A stretch of 64,000 nt of DNA, from positions 806,001 through 870,000 of the forward strand of contig CBFFSA010000002.1 of assembly GCA_965644495.1 (NCBI GenBank). The letters are read 5' to 3'. Under the pieces are notes generated by a model. It was not told the DNA's origin and ran no database searches. It was given only the letters and a program-made list of their open reading frames with translations. The stretch is from Perkinsela sp. CCAP 1560/9 (Eukaryota > Protista > Euglenozoa: Kinetoplastea). The position numbers and the translations under genes are program-made. Position 1 is the first letter of the stretch; every line of letters begins with the position of its first letter. Below, piece after piece: positions 54,437 through 62,958 of this stretch.

Positions 54437-57295
54437 ATGACACTGCGCTTCACGGTCACGCCTTGCGTGTCGGGGCCCAACTTTGAAGATGTCGAGTCCC
54501 CCGATGTGGATGGTCCGCTTGAAACTGAAACCTCTGCCACAAACTCCACCCCTTCCCTCCTCCACACTCATTCCACCGACAATTCCCTTTCCCTCCACCC
54601 CCCGGTCACCCCTTCCGACACCCCCCTCTTTTCTCCCCCCTTCACCCCTCCGCCAACACCCACCACAGGCCCCGGACCCAACCCTCCCACCCCTGTACTC
54701 TATCCGCACCTCCACACCTGTACCCTATCACCTCCACCCCCTCCTCTCCATACACTCTCCCCGCAAGCCTCCTCCCCTATCCTCTCCCCTACACCCTCCT
54801 CTCACTCCATTCCCCTCTCCCCTTCTTCACGATGTGACCGTGCCGACACCTTCCTCGCCGCAAGCACAACCACCACCACAGCAGCACACGCCACTGCCAC
54901 CACAGCACCACACGCTACCACTACAGCAGCTCACACCTCTACCACAAACCACACCACTCTACTCTCTATCTCCTCCGTATCCTCCTCCTCTGTAACCTCC
55001 TCTCCTCACCCCTACCCCTACCCCCACCTGTTTCCCTCTACCGACAGTTTCGGTGTCCTCTCCCCTCCTGGACCTCTCCTTCCCCGCAGTAGTAAAGACT
55101 CTAATCCCCTAACCCACACGGACCTCACTCTTACCCATTCCACTCTTAAGGACCTCAACCCGAAGTGTACAAACCATACGGGCATAGGCCACGCACAGGA
55201 CCTTAACCCCAACCATCTAGGCCTTGAGAAACTTCACCCTAAAAACCCCAGTCCTAAAGATAACTTTAGTCCTAAGGACCTCAGCCCTAAGTATCCAAAC
55301 CCTAGGGACATAACCCACAAGGACTTTAATCCTCACGATCTAGGTCTTGAGGAACTTAACCTTAAAAACTTTACTCCAAAGGAGAACTCCAGTCCCAACC
55401 ATCTTAACCCTAGAAACACAGCCCACAAGGACCTTAACCCCAACGATCTCGTCCCTACGGAACTTACCCCTAAAACATTCACCCCAAGGGAGAACTCCCG
55501 TCCTAAGGATCCAACCCCCAAGGCCTTTAACCCTACGTATCCCAACTCTAGGGACACAACCCCCAAAGGTCTTAACCCTACGTATCTAGGTCACAAGGAC
55601 TCCTGTCTTCCTCACCTTAACCCTAGGGACACAACCCCCAAGGGCCTTAACCCCACGTATCCCAACTCTAGGGACACAACCCCCAAGGGCCTTAACCCTG
55701 GGGCCTTATCTCCGGGTCCAAAGGAGAGCTCCCCTCCTCCCCACCTTAACCCTCGGGACACAACCCCCAAGGGGCTTAACCCTAGGGCCTTATCTCCAGG
55801 TCCAAAGGAGAGCTCCCCTCCTCACCACCTTCACCCTAGGGACACAACCCCCAAGGGCCTTAACCCTGGGGCCTTATCTCCGGGTCCAAAGGAGGGCTCC
55901 CCTCCCCTCCCCCCTCCCCCTCCCCCCCGCCGCCCCCCCCGTCCCCCCCACCCCCTCCGCCCTCTCATGCTGCTCGTCATGGTCGGCCTCCCCGGCCGCG
56001 GCAAGACCCACCTCGCGCACAAGCTCTGCCGCTACATCACCTGGCTCGGGATCCGTGCGGAGGTGTTCCTGGTCCACCAGTACCTCCGCGGCCTCGTCCC
56101 CCGCGGCACCGACCCCGGGGAGAGGCTCAAAGGGGCCTACTTCGCCCGCGACAACGCGGTGGGGCGACGGGAGCGGAGAGCGGCGCTCGGGGCCGCCCTC
56201 CGCGACGTGCTGCAGTTCCTCGTGGGGGCCGTGGGGGGGGGCGGGGGGGCGGTGGCGCTGCTGGATGGGGAGGCGGCGTCCAGGGAGCACCGCGGGTTCG
56301 TGGAGGACACCGTGAGGGGGTTTGAGGAGGGGCAGAGGAGGGGGGGGTCCGGGGTGACCTCGGTTTTTCCGATCCAGGTGGTGTATTTGGAGATTGTGAC
56401 CTCGGATGCGCACGCGAGTGAGATTTTTACGTATGAGTACCGACACCAGACGTGGAGGAATGATTTGGAGGGGAATACAAAGGCGGTGTTTGAGGCGGAG
56501 GCGGAGGCGTTGGAGGATTTTGGGCAGCGCGTGCGGCGGTGTAGGGAGGATTATGACCCGCTGGAGAGTGGCTCGTTTATTCGTGTCGAGGATGAGAAGG
56601 ATGAGTTTGTGATTCGTGGACTGTCTGGGTTTCTGCCGGCACGGCTCGCGGGGTGGATGCTCAACCTCCGTGTCGTGAACTGCCTCCGTCATGAGATTTT
56701 GTTCTGCCGGCACGGACAGACGTCGTATAACCTGGATAATCGTATTGGTGGTGACCCGGAGGTCACGTGTGAGGGGGAGAGAGATGCCCGGGCGCTGCGT
56801 TCCTACATCCGCTGCCAGGGCTACACTACAGAAGGGCTCGTAGTATGGACCTCCCGGCTAAAGCGCACGATCCAAACGGCCGAGCCGTTGGAACGGGACG
56901 GTTTCCCATGTCTGCGGTTCCGTGAGCTCAACGAGATCCACGCCGGGATCTGTGAGGGGATGACATACAGGGAGGTGGGGGAGACGTACCCCGCGATAGC
57001 TAAGTGGCGCAGTGCCGCCAAGTACACGTTTCGCTACCCCGGCGGCGAGAGCTACCAGGACTTGGTGTCACGGCTGGAACCGATTATTATGGAGCTGGAA
57101 TCTGCGAAGAAGTCCGTGTTGGTGGTGGCGCACCAGGCCGTGCTGCGTGCCCTGTTTGCGTATTTCTTTAACGAGGCCGCGCAGGATAGTGTGGGGATGG
57201 AGATTCCGCACGGGACGGTGTGGCGCGTGCGGGGAGCAGGTGGGCCAATGCCGAAAACGGAACGGGTCTCGCTTCAGTTGTTTCGGGATGAATAG
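54437..57295 (+). CDS. PFKFB: 6-phosphofructo-2-kinase/fructose-2,6-bisphosphatase with long low-complexity N-terminus
   Basis: MVGLPGRGKT P-loop; CRHGQT, RIGGD, WTSRLKRTIQTA, LNEIHAGICEGMTY, RYPGGESYQDL, AHQAVLRAL. Confidence 0.95.
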   Translation: MTLRFTVTPCVSGPNFEDVESPDVDGPLETETSATNSTPSLLHTHSTDNSLSLHPPVTPSDTPLFSPPFTPPPTPTTGPGPNPPTPVLYPHLHTCTLSPPPPPLHTLSPQASSPILSPTPSSHSIPLSPSSRCDRADTFLAASTTTTTAAHATATTAPHATTTAAHTSTTNHTTLLSISSVSSSSVTSSPHPYPYPHLFPSTDSFGVLSPPGPLLPRSSKDSNPLTHTDLTLTHSTLKDLNPKCTNHTGIGHAQDLNPNHLGLEKLHPKNPSPKDNFSPKDLSPKYPNPRDITHKDFNPHDLGLEELNLKNFTPKENSSPNHLNPRNTAHKDLNPNDLVPTELTPKTFTPRENSRPKDPTPKAFNPTYPNSRDTTPKGLNPTYLGHKDSCLPHLNPRDTTPKGLNPTYPNSRDTTPKGLNPGALSPGPKESSPPPHLNPRDTTPKGLNPRALSPGPKESSPPHHLHPRDTTPKGLNPGALSPGPKEGSPPLPPPPPPRRPPRPPHPLRPLMLLVMVGLPGRGKTHLAHKLCRYITWLGIRAEVFLVHQYLRGLVPRGTDPGERLKGAYFARDNAVGRRERRAALGAALRDVLQFLVGAVGGGGGAVALLDGEAASREHRGFVEDTVRGFEEGQRRGGSGVTSVFPIQVVYLEIVTSDAHASEIFTYEYRHQTWRNDLEGNTKAVFEAEAEALEDFGQRVRRCREDYDPLESGSFIRVEDEKDEFVIRGLSGFLPARLAGWMLNLRVVNCLRHEILFCRHGQTSYNLDNRIGGDPEVTCEGERDARALRSYIRCQGYTTEGLVVWTSRLKRTIQTAEPLERDGFPCLRFRELNEIHAGICEGMTYREVGETYPAIAKWRSAAKYTFRYPGGESYQDLVSRLEPIIMELESAKKSVLVVAHQAVLRALFAYFFNEAAQDSVGMEIPHGTVWRVRGAGGPMPKTERVSLQLFRDE
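55140..55905 (+). repeat. coding minisatellite (15-bp KDLNP-type period and larger NPRDTTPKGLNP units)
   Basis: Repeated gggacacaacccccaagggccttaaccc. Confidence 0.85.
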
Positions 57296-57627
57296 GTATG
57301 GTTACTCATCAAAGGGGGCGTGTTTACTCGTTTTTCAGACGCAAATTGACTCCAAGTATTATCTTTGGAGTTTTTTACATCTTTTTTACGGTATACTTTT
57401 GTGGGTTCAACTATGCGATCCAAGTCCGTCACCATACTTCTAAATTTTACGAATTTGTTTTGTGTATAGGCATTTCGTGTATTCTTGTTTCTCCACTTAT
57501 TGTTGGGACTCTTTAGATCTTTAATACTCAGAACGCGCAACATACTGTGCATAACGTCTGGAAATGCAGTGCTAGAAATTAGGTCTTAATCCTCACTTAT
57601 GGCTAACTATTGATAAATATTTACTCC

Positions 57628-58374
57628 ATGCTTTTTATTTGCTTTCTTGCTGACTTCGCAGAGACACAAACTGTGCGTACAGCAAGAGTACGGTTAGAAA
57701 ATTTACCTCCCGAGTACGAACTCGATCGACTTGTAAGGAATTTACAAAACAGGCATAGTTCATGGAGTTTGAACACTCCACTATCAGAGTGGAGAGGCGT
57801 ACAATACAATGAACGCGCGCAAATATCGATCACCTGGCGTATGATGCAACTTGCTGGGACACTAGAATTGTCCCATCTTAGCTGCACCGTCGAAGAGTTT
57901 GACACGTGCGGAAATTTTATGAGTGGCGATATTGCGCTAAATAGTCTTCCGCTTAGTCTTCGACATTTGAATCTTGGGTTCAATAATTTTTCTGGGCCAA
58001 TAGATTTAACAAGTCTTCCCCCCAGCTTGGAGTTGCTTTGTCTATCTAACAACGGATTTAGCGGCGAAATATGTCTAACACAGCTACCGCCAAAACTCCT
58101 TAAACTTTACCTTCAAGGCAATGCTTTTTCTGGTGCGATATGTTTGAGTGAATTACCGCCAATATTAACGTATGTTAACCTTGAAAATAATGCTTTTTCA
58201 GGGGCCGTCTATTTTGAAAATTTGCCTTCATCTCTCAGCACTTTAATTTTGTCTACTAATGAGCATCTTTACGGGGAAATTACGAAGACAAATTTACTTT
58301 TTACTAAGATAGATAGAACAAACATAACAATAGACAAATCTGTTTCCAGACAAGCTCTGGGTCTACATACTTAG
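57628..58374 (+). CDS. small LRR protein
   Basis: MLFICFLAD..RTARVRLENLPPEYEL leader; LRRs. Confidence 0.92.
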   Translation: MLFICFLADFAETQTVRTARVRLENLPPEYELDRLVRNLQNRHSSWSLNTPLSEWRGVQYNERAQISITWRMMQLAGTLELSHLSCTVEEFDTCGNFMSGDIALNSLPLSLRHLNLGFNNFSGPIDLTSLPPSLELLCLSNNGFSGEICLTQLPPKLLKLYLQGNAFSGAICLSELPPILTYVNLENNAFSGAVYFENLPSSLSTLILSTNEHLYGEITKTNLLFTKIDRTNITIDKSVSRQALGLHT

Positions 58375-58678
58375 TGTGTGGGCCTCGTATTACTAGCTCC
58401 ATACTTTGAAAAAATGCAACTACCTATATCATCTATAACATTAGTTTTCAAAGCCACTTTTCGGAGCTACACGACACAAACTTTGCTCTCCCTCGTACCA
58501 CAATCTCACTCTTAAAACTAAGGTCAAGTTATTTCATTTGCGACATTAAAAATATGCAGGTGAATTAAATTATAAAAGAAGTTGTATTAATTTGTTCTTT
58601 TGCAACAACCTTCACACTCCACTCCTTTCACACATTTTCTTATTCCTCCCCTCCTCTCTCCTCCCCTTTTCTCCCCCC

Positions 58679-59476
58679 ATGTTCCTTCCCCCCACCCTCC
58701 ACGCCCTCACCCCCTCCGACACCCCCCTCCCCCCCCACCCCCGTATTGGAAAAGTCCACCACTCCGTCCTCTCCCCCGAGGACCTGCTCTGGCGCTTCAC
58801 CGGGGGCCTCGAGACCCGCCACCCGACCTGGAAACGGTTCCAGCCCCCTCGCTTCTTCCGGCTCTTCTCCCCGCCCCGGGCGGTGTCCGTGTGTACGTGG
58901 GAGGGGGTGGAGTGCCCCACCCGCCCGGAGGTCGACACCATCGACTGGACCCACGAACGCCTGATGAACTGGGACCTCTCCGGGGCGTTGCGCTGGTCAC
59001 AGCTCCCCCCATCCCTGCGTGAGCTGCACTTAAGTCACCACCCGAAGCTATGTGGCCGGGTGGACTTCGCGGCCTTACCCCCGGGGCTGCGTGTGTTCCG
59101 CGCGGAGGTGTGTAGTTTCTCCGGGGAGGTCGACCTCACGGTGCTTCCCCCCGCGTTGGAACACCTCGCGTTGTCGAGAAATGATTTTAAAGGGGGGATT
59201 GATTTGTCTTCTCTTCCGGCCTCTCTGAGACGGTTGGATTTGAGAAATAATTATTTGACCGGGGAGGTTGCGTTGGATTGTCTTCCCGCGTCTTTGGAAC
59301 AACTTTTGTTGTATGATAACATGTTTTTTGGGGAGGTGGATTTAAGTGCGCTCAATGTTCAAAAACGTATTCGTATTCATTTAAATTTGGGGGCAAATTC
59401 TTTTACGAGGTACATACCTCAAGGGGAACTTCCATTTGGTGTCTTTTACGGAATTCAAAGGGATTTGCCATCCTAG
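58679..59476 (+). CDS. LRR protein (ORF open from 58592)
   Basis: RIGKVHHSVLSPEDLL leader, CTWEGVEC cap, LRRs. Confidence 0.9.
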   Translation: MFLPPTLHALTPSDTPLPPHPRIGKVHHSVLSPEDLLWRFTGGLETRHPTWKRFQPPRFFRLFSPPRAVSVCTWEGVECPTRPEVDTIDWTHERLMNWDLSGALRWSQLPPSLRELHLSHHPKLCGRVDFAALPPGLRVFRAEVCSFSGEVDLTVLPPALEHLALSRNDFKGGIDLSSLPASLRRLDLRNNYLTGEVALDCLPASLEQLLLYDNMFFGEVDLSALNVQKRIRIHLNLGANSFTRYIPQGELPFGVFYGIQRDLPS

Positions 59477-59915
59477 ATACGAGTTTTGAATACATGTTCA
59501 TAAGAGTACATACAGGAGGGGCTTCGGGTGAAACCTCAGAAAACTACGAAGCCAAATCCCGAGCCAAATCTTTGTTACTGGGGGTCAGCCGAAAAAGGGT
59601 CAAATCTTTGTTACTGGGGGGGGGCCATTACTGGGGGGTCTACGGTATGTCAACAAAAGTCGTGTTAATGCGAAAAAGGTGGTAACGAGCAAAAGTATGT
59701 TAAAAAATAGAATTGTTCTTAATTTTTAGTAAAAGAGGTGCATTTTCTCTCTTTTCCCTTGAAGCGAAGGTCACTTGATCATGGAGAGTGCGGTTTCATG
59801 GGTACTGCATGACGCCCTGGAACTGCCATCTCACGGATGGAGGGGACATAAGTAACTTATGTCCACAACTTAATCCCCCCTGTATCTTGTTTTGGAAAAT
59901 ATTATCATGCACATA

Positions 59916-60675
59916 CAGGGGGTGGCACGAAAATATGGGGGGGGTCAAATTTTTTATAACTAGTCCAATTTTAGAAAATAGCACCGCATTCGAGAGCTCT
60001 CTCAGAGATACGTGTCACCTGCTATTGCGTTTCCCGTGTCCAGGGGGGTAGGTCCCTATGCCAAAGGGGCTGAAAACAGCAATTGCAAGTTTGAAATTAT
60101 GAAAAATATGTCATTTAGTATCCACAATGACCTCCATGTTTTTGTAATGTAATCTTAATACAAGTTAGAACAGTCTTCAAAGTGTTTAAAAATGTTTTGT
60201 TCTGTTCTCCTTTCAACAAATCAATCCAGATGCGATCGCCGAACGCAATTATGACCAATTCGTGGGGCATAATGAGCTTGTGGGGCATAACGGAAGAAAA
60301 GGACCCCGTTTCTTCATACTTCTTTACTAAAAATATGCGGTGGGTGACTTTAAGCTGTCCTCGAGGACTGTAACAATTCCCATCACGGTGCTTTGCACCC
60401 TTGTTATTGGAACAAGCCCGTTTCTGTGGCATAACGCGGCGGAAAGATAAAAAATAGAAGGAAAATACCTAAAATATCGAAAAAATCGATGAAATTGAAG
60501 AAAATTGCAAGTTCCGAAAACGTATTTTAATAGAAAATAACAAACAATTAAAGCACGGGAAACGCCATAGCAGGTGACACGTATCTCTGAGAGAGCTCTC
60601 GAATGCGGTGCTACTTTCCAAAATTGGACAATTTATACGATTTTTGACCCCCCCATATTATCGTGTCACCCCCTG
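59916..60675 (-). mobile_element. Tc1/mariner-superfamily element, internally deleted, ~125-bp TIRs
   Basis: TA|cagggggtggcacga ... tcgtgtcaccccctg|TA; ORF 60432-60115 joins transposase-like N-terminus (HRIFLVKKYEETGS) to C-terminus (CI...GGHCGY). Confidence 0.85.
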
Positions 60676-60824
60676 TATACAAAGGTGCTAAATACAAAAG
60701 TCACATGTTTTTGGACCCCAATTACGTTTTTGGAATTTATTCAAAGATGCCAATAGCCATGTTTTTTAATTGAATTACTTCATCTACCGCATGACGCCTC
60801 GTCAAATTTCCGATATATCCACAA

Positions 60825-62252
60825 ATGTTTGCCCCTTCGCTGAGTAGCCTGGAAAGCCGCCTTGGGAAAGCGAATTCATCCACTACACTCAGAGAAGAAT
60901 TTGACTCTTATTGTCCGAACACTTCTCATTTTCCATCGGAATCTTTGGATTTCCAAAGTTCTGCATTAGCTGCGCTACATCAAGAGCGTCTACAAGAAGT
61001 GATATGCGATCAGCGCGAGCAAGAACAGGCTTTGGAAAGCACAGAACGCAGACTGTTACAAAATTTAAAAGAACATGATCGTCTTATACGTGAATTAGGG
61101 GATCAGATCATAGCTGTAAATGCCCAAAGAAGCGACGAAAGCGATGAAAAAGGTGCAGCTACTAAAAAGGGAGAGAGCGAATTAGCAATCCTTGAAGCGC
61201 GCGATAAAGACTTAGCGCTTTGCGTTCGATTTTCTTCAGTTGAAAAGCATATTGATGAAGTCCAACAGATATACGATAATTTAAAAAATTGTGAAGATTC
61301 GGAAAATAATAGATTTTGCGAACTAGAAGAAGCAAACAACGCCCTACGAAGCCAAAGCACCTTGATGTGTCGCAAATGGAATTCTTCAAAGATCACATAT
61401 GCAGACAAAAAATCTAGAATCGAAGAATTAAGAAACCTTTTGGCAAGGGAGCTTTTGGAAAAAGAATCACTACTTTCTGTTCATTCAAACTTCTTGAAGT
61501 CTGTTACGAAAGCGGAAGAAAGCACCAAGCTTTTCTTTGCGGGAAATAGTAGCAATCATGGTGAGCTCGAAGCTCGTAAGAGACAGATAAAAAGGTCAGT
61601 TGACATTATAAAAGCAAAATTCATCGATCTGCGTTTGATAAAGAGCAAAGCACTAGAGAAAGAGATGAATTTATACGAAAGTTCTGATGCCGCCGATTCT
61701 GCGCATAATGAGGAGAGCACGCCACTTGCGAATCTTGCCACTTCTGAGGAGCCATACACCCAGTCGAAAACTTTCAACATTGATTCACTAGAGCTACAGC
61801 ATGCTATCCGCTGTCCTAAAAGTATGGATTCATTTCTTCGTTTATGTCATGGTCAATTGTACGTGAATGCGTTAGAGCAGCGAAATGCTGTAATCTTGGA
61901 TATCTACCGAGAAATCGCACAGGATGTGACATGTCACTTAGCTTGTGGTGAAGACCGTGCACGAAATGATCTTCAACTAAAGTGTTATCTGCTTCAATGC
62001 CAAACCGAGAAACGAATTATAACAGAATCACTTCAAATTTTACAACTGGATGTCTCCAAGTTGAGAGAACGGGCCATTTATATAGACAGTGAACTTTCAG
62101 CACTTCGAGTAGACAACGTAGAGCTAAAGCTAGAGTTGCGTCAGGCTCAGAACACTTTACTCAAAGAGCAGCAATCCAAAGTTCCAATGCATTGCGTTTC
62201 CGATAGAAAGGGGAAAAGAGTATGTCCTACAGAATCAGCATCTACAGCATAA
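60825..62252 (+). CDS. hypothetical coiled-coil protein; frame stays open after the TAA to 62666
   Basis: 475-aa E/L/K/R-rich ORF with heptad character. Confidence 0.75.
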   Translation: MFAPSLSSLESRLGKANSSTTLREEFDSYCPNTSHFPSESLDFQSSALAALHQERLQEVICDQREQEQALESTERRLLQNLKEHDRLIRELGDQIIAVNAQRSDESDEKGAATKKGESELAILEARDKDLALCVRFSSVEKHIDEVQQIYDNLKNCEDSENNRFCELEEANNALRSQSTLMCRKWNSSKITYADKKSRIEELRNLLARELLEKESLLSVHSNFLKSVTKAEESTKLFFAGNSSNHGELEARKRQIKRSVDIIKAKFIDLRLIKSKALEKEMNLYESSDAADSAHNEESTPLANLATSEEPYTQSKTFNIDSLELQHAIRCPKSMDSFLRLCHGQLYVNALEQRNAVILDIYREIAQDVTCHLACGEDRARNDLQLKCYLLQCQTEKRIITESLQILQLDVSKLRERAIYIDSELSALRVDNVELKLELRQAQNTLLKEQQSKVPMHCVSDRKGKRVCPTESASTA

Positions 62253-62958
62253 GATCAGAGGAAGCGCTCAGAAAAACCCGTTACGAAAAGTTCTCGAGGC
62301 TACCATCTTGTACAAATAGCTCCGTTGAAAGATTCAAAGAAAACAAGGAATCTACAAATACATTCGACGGTTTCTCCTAAAAGTGGAAGTAAGGACATGT
62401 CGCTTCCTATGGACAGCTCGGATCCGACAAACTCAAATACACGTCCAGGCGATATTGATGTATCACGAGTTGAGCTATCTGGAAAAGATCCGTGCTCTTC
62501 GGTAGAGAGTGTGTCAAATATTCACTTCGGAAGCAAAGAAATACACACTACTGCTAAGAGATCGCGTCGTATTTTAACGCTGACTCCGATGAACGAAAAC
62601 GAAGACATTTGGACCTCATGGAATAGAGATGTCTCAGGGACGTCTAAATTGACATCTTCAGATTAAGGAGAATATATCGTGAGTAAGTCCGCAATAATAC
62701 ATGTCATTGAAATATGTTTTTTAAATTTGTTTTTTAATCTTTTCTGTATAATTTCTTTCTTGATTCTTGCCTGGCATTAGTACTTTTCATGCACTCAAAT
62801 GCATTCGACGTGAAAAATAAACAATATTTCTGAGCTTCTTGCTGATATGAAAACATTCTCATATAGGAAGTTGTATAGCCACGTTCTTGAAGACACCTTG
62901 TAATCGAGTTTGACCCTACATAATTTTCTTGAATTCTTTTTTTAATTTCTTTTGCTGA

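Noticed and set aside
55100-55905. Interstitial telomeric (CCCTAA) repeats
   Set aside because: Period is 15 bp and in frame (KDLNP-type), with no run of consecutive hexamers
28951-62252. Genome-wide stop-codon reassignment
   Set aside because: Long conserved genes have no internal stops and end in TAA, TAG and TGA; other internal stops lie in decayed element ORFs
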